From Candidatus Omnitrophota bacterium (GTDB lineage Bacteria > Omnitrophota > Gorgyraeia > Zapsychrales > Fredricksoniimonadaceae), in contig CAWHFJ010000016.1 of NCBI GenBank assembly GCA_963828495.1, forward strand, positions 21,353 to 85,352: a stretch of 64,000 nt of DNA, given 5' to 3'. Below, piece by piece: positions 26,537-36,258 of this stretch; the stretch's first letter is position 1, and each line of letters opens with the position of its first letter. The notes beneath the pieces are model-generated. The model was not told the origin of the DNA, did not search any database, and saw only the letters and a list, made by a program, of their open reading frames with translations. The translations under genes were made by a program, and so were the position numbers.

Positions 26537-29500
26537 TTACTGCGGCGCCTGGGGGCCTTCGGCAGCCATGGCGCTATAGATTTTCCAGCGTGCATTGACG
26601 TCGGCTTGCGCTAAGGCTTGCAGTTTGATACAGGCCTGTGGATCGCTTTTACTGAGCATCTTAAAACGGTTTTCCGAATTCAGGAAATCCTGCAGGGGGC
26701 CTTTGGGCGCGACAGAATCCAGTTGAAATGGATTTTTATTTTCCTTTACCAGGTCCGGATTGTAACGGAACAACGGCCAGTAGCCGCTATTGACCGCCGC
26801 CTTTTGGTCCTGCAAACCCGTTGTCATATTAATACCATGGGCAATGCAATGGCTATAGGCAATAATTAACGACGGACCATCATAGGCCTCAGCCTCCAAA
26901 AACGCGCGCAAGGTGTGCTCGTCTTTAGCGCCCATGGCCACAGACGCCACATACACGTAGCCATACGTCATGGCCATGCGGGCCAAATCTTTTTTCGGCA
27001 TCGGCTTGCCTCCGGCAGCGAATTTGGCAACAGCCGATCTTGAGGTCGACTTGGATGCCTGCCCCCCGGTATTGGAATAGACCTCGGTGTCCAAAACCAG
27101 GATATTGACGTTGCGGCCGGTCGAAATCACATGGTCCAGGCCGCCGTAACCGATATCATACGCCCAACCGTCGCCGCCGATAATCCAAACACTCTTTTTG
27201 ACCAACATATCCGCGATGGATAAAAGTTGTTTGGCCTCAACGGACGTTTCTTTGCTGAGCTTGTGTTTGAGGACCTCGACCCTTTTACGTTGTTCGAAAA
27301 TTTCCGCTTCATCAACCTGCTTGGCATGGATGATCTCTTCGACCAATTGAGTGCCGAGCACACTTTCTAATTTTTTGACAAACTCACACGCCATTTCTTT
27401 TTGTTTGTCGATAGACAAACGATATCCCAAGCCAAATTCGGCATTATCTTCAAACAGCGAATTGCTCCAGGTGGGGCCGCGACCCGCAGCGTTTTTGGTA
27501 TAAGGGGTTGTCGGTAAATTACCGCCATAAATAGAAGAACAGCCCGTGGCATTGGCAACGACCATCCGGTCGCCGAAAAGCTGGGTGGCTAACTTAATAT
27601 AAGGGGTCTCGCCGCAGCCACCGCAAGCTCCTGAGAATTCAAATAAAGGTTCAAGGACCTGGGCCGAACGAATAGCCGTCTTTTTGACCAAGTTACGGTC
27701 GGTCTCAGGGACCTTTAAGAAAAATTCCCAGTTTTTCTTCTCCTCTTCGCGCAAAGGAGGCTGGGGTTTCATATTAATCGCTTTAAATTTAGTTTCTACT
27801 TTGTTTTTCACCGGACAGACATCAACACAAATAGCGCAACCCGTACAATCTTCAGGGGCCACCTGAATGGTGTATTTCATACCCGCCCAATCGCGGTCCT
27901 TGGCCTCTGTGGATTTAAAGGTGGCGGGCGCACCTGCCAAAAACTTGGGGTCATACGCTTTGATACGAATGACCGCGTGCGGGCAAACCATGGCACATTT
28001 GCCGCACTGGATACAAATATCCTTGTCCCAAACAGGAATTTCCAAAGCGATGTTGCGTTTCTCCCACTGGGTCGTCCCTGAAGGGTACGTACCATCACAC
28101 GGCAGCGCGCTGACAGGCAACAAATCTCCCTGCCCTTTCATCATCACCGATGTCACCTTGCGCACAAACTCAGGGGCCGCTTGAGGGATCTGGTGATTGA
28201 TCTGAATACGGCTGGTAATTTGCGAGGGAATTTTCACTTCATGCAAATTAGCCAGGGTATTATCAACGGCATCATAGTTCATCTTCAACACTTCTTCGCC
28301 TTTTTTACCATAAGCTTTTTTGATGGACGTTTTGATAGCACCAATAGCCTCGTCCTTGGGCAACACCCCTGAAATGGCAAAGAAACAAGTCTGCATAATG
28401 GTGTTGATCCTCATACCCATACCGGACTTCTGTGCCACGCTATAGGCATCAATGACAAAAAAGCGTAATTTTTTGTCTTTGATAGTCTGCGCCGCCGTCT
28501 GAGGGATATGCTCCCAAATCTTCTCAGGGCCATAGGCCGTATTCAATAAAAATACCCCGCCTTCCTGAATATTACTCAGAACATCCAGTGTCTCCAGGAA
28601 TTGAGGCTGGTGGCAACCCACGAAATTGGCCTTGGTGACTAAATAAGAAGCATGAATAGGATTGGGACCGAAACGCAAATGGGACACAGTGCCCGAGCCT
28701 GATTTCTTGGAATCATAAACGAAATAGCCTTGTGCAAACAACGGCGTATTTTCGCCGATAATCTTGATGGTGTTCTTATTGGCAGAGACCGTCCCGTCCG
28801 CGCCTAACCCATAAAAGATGGCCCGCACGCCGGCTTCGCTTTCAATCATAAATTTCTCATCAACCTCAAGGCTCGTATGCGACACATCGTCGTTAATCCC
28901 TACTGTAAAATGGTTTTTCGGTTGGGCTTTGCCTAATTCATCATAAACCGCCTTAACCATCGCCGGAGTAAACTCCTTGGAAGAAAGTCCGTAACGGCCT
29001 CCGATCGTCTTGGGCAAACGTGTAAAGCGGCTGTTTCCCGCTTCCACCAGAGAATTAACCACATCCAGATACAACGGCTCGCCGCTGCAACCGGGTTCTT
29101 TGGTGCGGTCAAGGACCGCGAGCGACTGAACTGTTTTGGGTAATGCCGCCACAAATTGCTCAACGGCAAAAGGACGATATAAACGCACTTTAAGCAGTCC
29201 GACTTTTTGTTTCTGATTAACGAGATAATCCACGGTGTCCTGACAGGTCTCGGCTCCGGAACCCATCATCACAATCACACGCTCTGCGTCCGGCGCCCCG
29301 CAATAATCAAACAACCGGTAGGAGCGTCCTGTAATCTTGCCGAATTTATCCATAGCCTTTTGCACGATCGCGGGACACTTTTGATAAAAAAGATTGCCGG
29401 CCTCGCGGGATTGAAAATAGACATCGGGATTTTGGGCCGTACCGCGAATGACCGGACGATCCGGTGTCAGGCGGCGCTGACGATGGGCCAGTACTAAATT

Positions 29501-30094
29501 TTCATCGATCAGGGCGCGGATGTCTTCTTGGGAGAGCTGTTGGATCTTGGCGACCTCATGGGACGTACGGAACCCGTCAAAAAAATGGACAAATGGGATA
29601 CGGGACTCTAAGGCAGCCATTTGGGCGATTAAAGCCATATCCATCACTTCCTGCACGCTGCCTGAGCAAAGCATAGCAAACCCGGTCATGCGCGCCGACA
29701 TCACGTCCTGGTGGTCGCCGAATATAGAAAGCGCCTGGGCCGCCACCGCGCGGGCCGCGATATGAAACACCGTCGGTGTGAGCTCCCCCGAAATCTTATA
29801 CATGTTAGGCAGCATCAACAGCAACCCTTGGGAACACGTAAAGGTCGTTGTCAAAGCGCCCGTTTGCAGGGCCCCATGAACAGCACCGGCGACCCCCGCC
29901 TCACTTTGCATTTCCTGCACCAGCGGCACTGTCCCCCAAATGTTCTTCTGTCCGACACTGCTCCAATCATCAGCCCATTCCCCCATAGGAGAAGAAGGCG
30001 TAATAGGATAAATGGCAATAACTTCATTAACCGCGAAGGCCACATACGCAGCAGCTTCGTTTCCATCAATAGTCACCTGCTTACGAGTACTCAT
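26537..30094 (-). CDS. nifJ: Pyruvate:ferredoxin (flavodoxin) oxidoreductase, single-chain
   Basis: 1185 aa. Two ferredoxin-type clusters (CIQCGKCAMVCPHA, CTGCAICVDVCP) and a TPP-binding region GGDGWAYDIGYGGLDH. Full-length collinear architecture. Confidence 0.95.
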   Translation of the reverse strand: MSTRKQVTIDGNEAAAYVAFAVNEVIAIYPITPSSPMGEWADDWSSVGQKNIWGTVPLVQEMQSEAGVAGAVHGALQTGALTTTFTCSQGLLLMLPNMYKISGELTPTVFHIAARAVAAQALSIFGDHQDVMSARMTGFAMLCSGSVQEVMDMALIAQMAALESRIPFVHFFDGFRTSHEVAKIQQLSQEDIRALIDENLVLAHRQRRLTPDRPVIRGTAQNPDVYFQSREAGNLFYQKCPAIVQKAMDKFGKITGRSYRLFDYCGAPDAERVIVMMGSGAETCQDTVDYLVNQKQKVGLLKVRLYRPFAVEQFVAALPKTVQSLAVLDRTKEPGCSGEPLYLDVVNSLVEAGNSRFTRLPKTIGGRYGLSSKEFTPAMVKAVYDELGKAQPKNHFTVGINDDVSHTSLEVDEKFMIESEAGVRAIFYGLGADGTVSANKNTIKIIGENTPLFAQGYFVYDSKKSGSGTVSHLRFGPNPIHASYLVTKANFVGCHQPQFLETLDVLSNIQEGGVFLLNTAYGPEKIWEHIPQTAAQTIKDKKLRFFVIDAYSVAQKSGMGMRINTIMQTCFFAISGVLPKDEAIGAIKTSIKKAYGKKGEEVLKMNYDAVDNTLANLHEVKIPSQITSRIQINHQIPQAAPEFVRKVTSVMMKGQGDLLPVSALPCDGTYPSGTTQWEKRNIALEIPVWDKDICIQCGKCAMVCPHAVIRIKAYDPKFLAGAPATFKSTEAKDRDWAGMKYTIQVAPEDCTGCAICVDVCPVKNKVETKFKAINMKPQPPLREEEKKNWEFFLKVPETDRNLVKKTAIRSAQVLEPLFEFSGACGGCGETPYIKLATQLFGDRMVVANATGCSSIYGGNLPTTPYTKNAAGRGPTWSNSLFEDNAEFGLGYRLSIDKQKEMACEFVKKLESVLGTQLVEEIIHAKQVDEAEIFEQRKRVEVLKHKLSKETSVEAKQLLSIADMLVKKSVWIIGGDGWAYDIGYGGLDHVISTGRNVNILVLDTEVYSNTGGQASKSTSRSAVAKFAAGGKPMPKKDLARMAMTYGYVYVASVAMGAKDEHTLRAFLEAEAYDGPSLIIAYSHCIAHGINMTTGLQDQKAAVNSGYWPLFRYNPDLVKENKNPFQLDSVAPKGPLQDFLNSENRFKMLSKSDPQACIKLQALAQADVNARWKIYSAMAAEGPQAPQ

Positions 30095-30164
30095 ATCATC
30101 TCCGTTCTTATGTTTATGTTACGAAAAATATGTGTGTCACTGCAAATAATATTTGTGTCATTGC

Positions 30165-30238
30165 GAGCCCTGCTTTTTAGGGCGTGGCAATCTCTTAAAA
30201 ACGGGATTGCTTCGTCGCTTCGCTCCTCGCAATGACAC
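30165..30238. repeat. Composite palindromic element: two inverted GTGTCATTGCGAG...GCAATC units
   Basis: gtgtcattgcgag-ccctgctttttagggcgtg-gcaatctcttaaaaacgggattgc-ttcgtcgcttcgctc-ctcgcaatgacac. The 13-bp termini are perfect inverted repeats. Lies between the ACD and PFOR genes. Confidence 0.9.
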
Positions 30239-30242
30239 TATG

Positions 30243-32306
30243 TTACGTTTTTAATACAATCCTAGCATCAACAGCATAAGAGCCATCTTGATTGGTCAAC
30301 AAAGGATTAATATCAATTTCTTTGACCAAGGGCGCCAACTTTTGCACGGCTATCAAAGTTTTAATAATAGAATCCTTGTCCGCCTTAAACCCGCGGAAAC
30401 CTTCTAAAATCTTTTTGGCTTTGATCTCGCCGATCATTCTTTTCGCCTCTGCGGCGTCAAAAGGTACGACACGGAAAACAACGTCTTTGAGCGCTTCCAC
30501 AAACACGCCGCCTAAACCGAACATGACCGCCGGCCCAAACTGAGGGTCTGTCGTAATACCTACAATACATTCAATACCGCTGACCATCTGTATCAGGTTG
30601 ACTCCCAGTAAATTGGCCTCAGGACACGCCTTTTTAATACGGACCATCATGCCTTCAAACCTCTCTTTTAATTCCTTCCCGTCACGGATATTAAGCACCA
30701 CCCCTCCGACATCTGATTTATGCACAATATCAGGAGAAGCTATCTTCATCGCCAAAGGATACATAGCCTTGGAGTCTGCTATTTTGACGGCCTCATCCGC
30801 GCTACGGGCAAATCCCCATTTAGGCGTCGGGACCCCGCAAAGCTCCATCACTTGGCGGGCTTCGTGTTCCATCAAAATATCACGGCCTTGCGCTTTGACC
30901 GCATCAAGAATTTTGTTGACCTCTGCCGGCGGTTTTTCCAAAACAGCCTGGGAGGCCGCCCGGGATTTAATTTCTGCCCAGGTATAAAGGATCTTTAGAG
31001 AAGCAACAGACATATCAATTAAACTGGACGCAGGGATATGGTGCTCATTCAAATACTCCAGGGCCGCGCGTGTCCGCTCTCCACCCACCATGGACACAAC
31101 CACCGGCTTGTTATGCCCTGATGCTTCAAAAGCCTCGTCAACCGCTCTGGCAATATCCATGGGGTCTGTTACAGCCGTTTCGCAATAAAGCACGATCACC
31201 GACTTAATCCGCTCCTCGGCAAAGGCAATTTTTAAAGCCTGACGATAACCTTCTACCCCGGCACCGCCCGTGACGTCAATGGGATTTTTGGTGCTGCCAA
31301 AATCCGGCATGGTGGAACGGAATTTCGCTTCCAGCCAGGCAGGGTCATCTAAAATTTTGATCCCGCAAGCTTCACATTCATCGGTCGTGGCGACCCCTAT
31401 CCCTCCGCCATTGGTGATGATAACCGTATCCTCACCCTTGGGTTGCGGCAGCGACAACGCACGCGACCAGCTGAACGCTTCCATAAACGTGTCCGCGCGT
31501 AAGATCCCCAATTGTTTAAACACCCCGTCGTAGATTTTATCCGACCCTGATAAAGAACCGGTATGGGAAGCCGCGGCTTTGGCCCCGCGGGAAGAACGGC
31601 CGACTTTAAGAATAACCGTTGGTTTTTCAGTTTTGGTCTTCAAAAACTTTAGGCCGTCTTTAATGCCTTCCATATATATCAAAATGACATCGATGTTTTT
31701 ATCTTTATTAAAATACGTGATCAAATCCTGTTCATCAATGTCCGCCTTGTTGCCGACATTGACCAGCGCCGCTAAACCGATCTTCTTCATGACCGTCCAG
31801 CCCATGAGCCCAATGCCAAGCGCCCCGCTTTGGGTAATAAAAGCAATTTTCCCCGGATGGATGTCCTGGGGACCAAAGCTGGCATTTAATTTGTTGGGGA
31901 CATACGCTAAGCCAAAAATGTTGGGGCCGAGCAACGCGATGTTATTGTCGTCCGCGATCTTTTTTAATTTCTTTTCTTCATCGATCTTACCTACCTCGCC
32001 AAAACCGGACGTAATAATGGCTACTGCCCCCACACGGCGCCGGGCACATTCCTCCATCACAGCCATCACAAAAGGCGCGGGAATGGCAATCACCACCAAA
32101 TCAACACCTTCCGGGACATCACTGAGAGATTTGTAGCCTTTTGCCCCAAGCACATCTGCGCCACCGGAATTAATGGGGATAATCTCTCCGGCGAATCCCC
32201 CTTCAATCACATTTTTGATAATCTGGTGACCGATTTTCTTAGGGTCCGGTGAGGCGCCGATAATGGCGACACGTTTAGGTTTAAAAACACAATCAAGGTT
32301 CTTCAC
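30243..32306 (-). CDS. ADP-forming acetyl-CoA synthetase (fused alpha/beta, NDP-forming acyl-CoA synthetase family)
   Basis: 687 aa. CoA-binding N-terminus (VAIIGASPDPKKIGHQI), succinyl-CoA-ligase-like middle with a phosphohistidine-loop-like AASHTGSLSG, and an ATP-grasp C-terminus. Confidence 0.85.
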   Translation of the reverse strand: MKNLDCVFKPKRVAIIGASPDPKKIGHQIIKNVIEGGFAGEIIPINSGGADVLGAKGYKSLSDVPEGVDLVVIAIPAPFVMAVMEECARRRVGAVAIITSGFGEVGKIDEEKKLKKIADDNNIALLGPNIFGLAYVPNKLNASFGPQDIHPGKIAFITQSGALGIGLMGWTVMKKIGLAALVNVGNKADIDEQDLITYFNKDKNIDVILIYMEGIKDGLKFLKTKTEKPTVILKVGRSSRGAKAAASHTGSLSGSDKIYDGVFKQLGILRADTFMEAFSWSRALSLPQPKGEDTVIITNGGGIGVATTDECEACGIKILDDPAWLEAKFRSTMPDFGSTKNPIDVTGGAGVEGYRQALKIAFAEERIKSVIVLYCETAVTDPMDIARAVDEAFEASGHNKPVVVSMVGGERTRAALEYLNEHHIPASSLIDMSVASLKILYTWAEIKSRAASQAVLEKPPAEVNKILDAVKAQGRDILMEHEARQVMELCGVPTPKWGFARSADEAVKIADSKAMYPLAMKIASPDIVHKSDVGGVVLNIRDGKELKERFEGMMVRIKKACPEANLLGVNLIQMVSGIECIVGITTDPQFGPAVMFGLGGVFVEALKDVVFRVVPFDAAEAKRMIGEIKAKKILEGFRGFKADKDSIIKTLIAVQKLAPLVKEIDINPLLTNQDGSYAVDARIVLKT

Positions 32307-32340
32307 AGTGGTCTCCTTAAATGAAATTTTTTACGGTAGG

Positions 32341-33696
32341 TCACTTACTTAAATCTTTCAACATACGCTCACGGTCAAGGCCGATCTTGGCCATAGCGTC
32401 AACGGGATTACGCGCGTAACAATGGCAAAAAGTGGACACCTCTTTGATCGTATGGACCTGCCGGTCATTTAAAACCTTTAAAATAGAGGCACGTATCCAG
32501 GTTTCATTAATAACATCGCGCGGTGTGACCCCTGCTTCCTGGGCCAGCCGGTCACGGTAAACCGTGCTGGGAGACACGGACAGTACGCGGTTTTGCTCAT
32601 AATTATATTTATAGACATGAGACAGCAATACGCGTTGCCCATCCCCGCTGGTTTCAGATATTTCGTCGATAACGCGATACAGCTGGCCTCCCACATGATA
32701 ACGTTTCAGAATGACAAACGCATCGATCAAATTGATCAATATTTCAGGCACGTTCATGGGTTCATTGTGCAGACGCGTGATGGTTTCGCGCGCGGTCAGT
32801 GCGTGGATGGTCCCCATGCAGTATTTGCCGATATTGACCGCCGTGATCATGTCCCTGGCCTCTGCCCCCCGGACTTCCCCGACAATAACGCGCTCCGGCC
32901 TCATACGCAAACTGTTTTTGACTAAATCCGAAAGAGTCATTTCATCATCCGTTTCCAGACGCGAACAGCTGTCTTCCAAAAATGTATTTAACTCCAGGGT
33001 GTCTTCAATCACGACCAGTCGGTCTTTGGGGGGAATAAAACTCAATAAGGCATTAAGCAACGTGGTTTTGCCGGTCCCCGGACCGCCCGAGATGATGATA
33101 TTGGCCGGCCTTACGGACATCCCTTCCAGGTAAAGCCATAACTGACCCGCCGCTTCATAACTCATGGTCCCCCGACGGATTAAATCAATCACGCTCAAAG
33201 GATCCATTTTGGCTTTGGTAATGGTCAGTTGAACCCCTAAAGGAGAATCAATGATATTGACACGGCCCGCAAGATTGGCTAATTCCAAATTCGCAATTTT
33301 GTGATAGCCTTTGCGGCCGGAAAAAATCAACAACTTCCGGACAAAATTATTTAATTCTTTATGGGAACCGAAAAGTTTATCGGTCGCAATAAAACCTTTT
33401 TGCGCATGATGAATATAAATAGGTTTTAAGCCGTTGATAATGATGTCTTCGACCTCGGCATCGTAAAGCAAATCCTCAATGATCCCGTAAGACAAAAACT
33501 CCTTAATAAAATTGTTGCGCTCCTCGCCGGAGGCAACGGCATTGGCGAAAGCTTTGCCTTCACCATTGAGCAATTCTTGCAAAGCACCTTTCACGGTGGA
33601 GGCGCGTTCCTCAGAGGAGAGCATCAGCGTCAGTTTGCCCACCAGCCGCTCTAACAACAGTGCTTCTAGATCAAAACGTTCATTTTTATGCATCAT
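32341..33696 (-). CDS. FlaI/CpaF/VirB11-like secretion-system ATPase (archaeal-type pilus/Tad ATPase family)
   Basis: Walker A GGPGTGKTT, Walker B LVVIEDTLEL, and RMRPERVIVGEVRGAEA. Start set at the ATGATG at 33696/33693, which overlaps the stop of the upstream gene. The track ORF extends to 33780. Confidence 0.75.
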   Translation of the reverse strand: MMHKNERFDLEALLLERLVGKLTLMLSSEERASTVKGALQELLNGEGKAFANAVASGEERNNFIKEFLSYGIIEDLLYDAEVEDIIINGLKPIYIHHAQKGFIATDKLFGSHKELNNFVRKLLIFSGRKGYHKIANLELANLAGRVNIIDSPLGVQLTITKAKMDPLSVIDLIRRGTMSYEAAGQLWLYLEGMSVRPANIIISGGPGTGKTTLLNALLSFIPPKDRLVVIEDTLELNTFLEDSCSRLETDDEMTLSDLVKNSLRMRPERVIVGEVRGAEARDMITAVNIGKYCMGTIHALTARETITRLHNEPMNVPEILINLIDAFVILKRYHVGGQLYRVIDEISETSGDGQRVLLSHVYKYNYEQNRVLSVSPSTVYRDRLAQEAGVTPRDVINETWIRASILKVLNDRQVHTIKEVSTFCHCYARNPVDAMAKIGLDRERMLKDLSK

Positions 33697-34234
33697 TAGA
33701 CCCGTTATTTCTTTTGTGATATTCCTCCAGCAGACGGCGAATATCGGTGGATGAATTTTTGGCAATTTGAGAACAAACAAAAATCAATACTGAAAGCTGC
33801 CAGACATCGTCGGGCCCACAGACCAGGCCGGCAGAGGTGTTCTCTTCTCTTTGCAGGCGGTTGCCGTAAAGACCGATAGCGTTTTCTATTTTACCCTCAA
33901 AAACGTTCAAAGAGGAAATTTTATTATCATATTTCATGGAAGGCAACGTGATACCTCTGACCATCAGAAAATTAATCATGCTGTCTTCTTGAAAAGAATC
34001 TTTGCCGCCCAAATCAAAACCATCCAGCTGAGGGATATTAGGAGGTAAAATCAAAGACGGACGATGGACCAGCACCTCTCCGGTGCGCACCACCGTGTCC
34101 CCTTCGTTAACCACCGAAGGCGATAAAAGAATATACGGCACATGTGTATCGCTCGCAGTCTGCAGTCCCGTGATCCTTGAGCGAACAATGTTTGTTTCCC
34201 GTAAAGCTTTTTCCCAAGCCGAATGGATATCCAT
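33686..34234 (-). CDS. Hypothetical cytoplasmic protein (182 aa), no recognisable domain
   Basis: Tightly packed ORF between two ATPase genes (1-nt gap upstream, overlap downstream). No motif recognised. Confidence 0.5.
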   Translation of the reverse strand: MDIHSAWEKALRETNIVRSRITGLQTASDTHVPYILLSPSVVNEGDTVVRTGEVLVHRPSLILPPNIPQLDGFDLGGKDSFQEDSMINFLMVRGITLPSMKYDNKISSLNVFEGKIENAIGLYGNRLQREENTSAGLVCGPDDVWQLSVLIFVCSQIAKNSSTDIRRLLEEYHKRNNGSNDA

Positions 34235-34235
34235 A

Positions 34236-34673
34236 TCAATGACGGATCTTTATTTTTAAATTAGACAGCAGAGAGACCTTGTCCCGGGCCTCTATTTGAA
34301 CTTCCAGGACATCCGGAGTTTCTTGTTGACGGCGGATACTTAAGGCGGCGATATGGTCTGCAATCAATGAAGCCCGACCATTCTGCAGACGCCACAAATG
34401 CCCTCCTTGAAGCAGATACTCCCCGGCTTTCTCTCCGGCATGGGCAAAAACGATGCGCCTATGCCATTGGCCGTCCGCCGGCACATCCTGAATAGTATTT
34501 TCACGCACGTCGTACAAATCGAACATCAGATGCTCCAACACCTTGTGGATCTCCTGGGCTAAAATAGTTTTCCGGAGATAATCTTCTTTGTGCTTTATTT
34601 TTAAAAAAGGAAATACCACCACCACACAAAGGCCGAGTAACAGACCCACATATAAGATTTTTATTTTATTCAT
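34236..34673 (-). CDS. Hypothetical membrane-anchored protein (145 aa)
   Basis: Single N-terminal TM (ILYVGLLLGLCVVVVFPFL) and a beta-rich C-terminus. No class III (prepilin) signal motif seen. Confidence 0.5.
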   Translation of the reverse strand: MNKIKILYVGLLLGLCVVVVFPFLKIKHKEDYLRKTILAQEIHKVLEHLMFDLYDVRENTIQDVPADGQWHRRIVFAHAGEKAGEYLLQGGHLWRLQNGRASLIADHIAALSIRRQQETPDVLEVQIEARDKVSLLSNLKIKIRH

Positions 34674-34695
34674 AGGGTTTAAAAACTCTTCTTTA

Positions 34696-36012
34696 TCAGC
34701 GGAATTTTTCTAATAGGATATGATAAATATCTTCGAACCTGATCAGGCCGCTTTTGACTTTTTGCAGGGCATCTGTGGCCATCGATTGAAAATCTCTCGC
34801 ACTGGCCATATTTTCAAGTTCGGACACAGAAGCATTACCGATAATAGCCTCACGCAAATCTTCGGTAAATTGGACGACTTCAAAAACACCTATCATCCCC
34901 CGATAACCTGTCCCTTTGCAGGCGTCACACCCTGCGCCTTTATAAAAAGAAACTCCCTCTGGGGTGTCTAAACTTTTTTGGGCGTCTTCATGGATCAATA
35001 ACTTGGGGTCCACCCCGCATTGAATGCATATTTTGTTAAGCCAGAGAGGATCAATTTTATAGGGAGTACGGCATCCGTCACAAATCCGCGGCACTAAATG
35101 CTGGGACACCGCGCCCACCAACGCATACGCTATCATATACCGCTCTAAACCCATATTGATAAGACGGGCGACTGTCCCTATGGCGCTATTGGCATGGATA
35201 CTTGTCATCACAAAATGGCCCGTGATGGATGCGCGAAGGGCGATTTCCGCGCTTTCTAAATCGCGGATCTCGCCTATAAGAATAACGTCCGGGTCCTGAC
35301 GCAACGTCGCTTTCAAAGCGGAAGTAAAATCTTCGCTCACTTTTTTGTTAATATCACATTGATTAAGCCCGTCAATTTGATATTCCACCGGATTTTCAAG
35401 GGTCACGATATTAACGGCCGGAGTATGTAAACGGCTAAGAATAGAGTACAGTGTCGTCGTTTTTCCGCCCCCCGTAGGTCCGCTGACCACTAAAAGGCCG
35501 CTTTTTCTCTTAATGATCTGTTCGATGATCGCGTAAGACTGGGGACGCAGCCCGATTTTTTTTAAATCAATTAATTCTGAATTCTTGTTTAAAACACGAA
35601 TGGCAATCTTGTCCCCCATTAACGTCGGGAAGGTGGCGACACGAAAATCATACTGCTGATTGCCGATAGACATAGAAAAACGGCCGTCCCATGCCTTTCG
35701 GCTGCTGACCGTGTCCGTTGGTATATTGGTCAGGATTTTTATGCGGGCAATTAAATGGACTTCAGCGCTTTCAACAGCTTCCAGCACATTGTATAATTTG
35801 CCATCAATACGATAACGGACACGGATAAATTCTTGCTGCGGCTCAATATGAATGTCACTGGCCCTGTTTAAAATAGCCTCTGATAAAATCAAATTAACGA
35901 TATCACTGGTCAGATTGGAATCCTGAGGCTGGGACGGTTTGTTCCAGCCGGGTTTCTTTTTCTCTCCGGCTACGGCTAAAAGTTGATGATATTTATCCTG
36001 TAACGTTAGCAT
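34696..36012 (-). CDS. PilB/GspE-family type II/IV secretion ATPase
   Basis: 438 aa. Walker A VSGPTGGGKTTT, LRQDPDVILIGEIRD, His box SIHANS, and a tetracysteine motif CDGC...CDAC. Confidence 0.85.
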   Translation of the reverse strand: MLTLQDKYHQLLAVAGEKKKPGWNKPSQPQDSNLTSDIVNLILSEAILNRASDIHIEPQQEFIRVRYRIDGKLYNVLEAVESAEVHLIARIKILTNIPTDTVSSRKAWDGRFSMSIGNQQYDFRVATFPTLMGDKIAIRVLNKNSELIDLKKIGLRPQSYAIIEQIIKRKSGLLVVSGPTGGGKTTTLYSILSRLHTPAVNIVTLENPVEYQIDGLNQCDINKKVSEDFTSALKATLRQDPDVILIGEIRDLESAEIALRASITGHFVMTSIHANSAIGTVARLINMGLERYMIAYALVGAVSQHLVPRICDGCRTPYKIDPLWLNKICIQCGVDPKLLIHEDAQKSLDTPEGVSFYKGAGCDACKGTGYRGMIGVFEVVQFTEDLREAIIGNASVSELENMASARDFQSMATDALQKVKSGLIRFEDIYHILLEKFR

Positions 36013-36069
36013 AAATGATGCCCCTCATTTTCGTCTAATATACCATAATAATCCCAAAATTCAATCAAA

Positions 36070-36161
36070 TGGCGGAGAGGGTGAGATTTGAACTCACGAT
36101 CCGAGTTACCCCGGACAACGGTTTTCGAGACCGCCGCATTCGACCACTCTGCCACCTCTCC
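36070..36161 (-). tRNA. tRNA-Ser (anticodon CGA), CCA encoded
   Basis: Reverse complement GGAGAGGTGGCAGAGTGGTCGAATGCGGCGGTCTCGAAAACCGTTGTCCGGGGTAACTCGGATCGTGAGTTCAAATCTCACCCTCTCCGCCA. It has a 7-bp acceptor stem, anticodon loop CTCGAAA, a long variable arm, and a T-arm GTGAG/TTCAAAT/CTCAC. Confidence 0.92.
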
Positions 36162-36258
36162 TTACAACAGCCTTACTATTTCAAATACATTCAGAAAAAA
36201 GAGAGGTGTTGTGTCGCTGCGTTTTTCACAGCCTCTCGACCCACCTCTCCCCTTTGCG

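Noticed and set aside
29711-30235. 174-aa plus-strand ORF spanning the PFOR start and the intergenic repeat
   Set aside because: It is antisense to the PFOR N-terminus and then reads through the palindromic element (..ASSLRSSQ), a repeat-translation artefact.
26537-32306. PFOR plus ADP-forming acetyl-CoA synthetase adjacency as a novel system
   Set aside because: This is the standard pyruvate to acetyl-CoA to acetate + ATP fermentative module. It is noteworthy for physiology but not novel.
33697-33780. N-terminal 28-codon extension of the FlaI-like ATPase ORF
   Set aside because: The extension overlaps the upstream gene by 95 nt. An ATGATG at 33696/33693 overlaps the upstream stop, and the homologous sequence starts there (MMHKNERFDLEAL).
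36013-36258. tRNA-Ser as an integration site for a mobile element (flanking secretion-ATPase module)
   Set aside because: I saw no integrase, no duplicated tRNA 3' segment, and no other mobile-element genes anywhere in the window.
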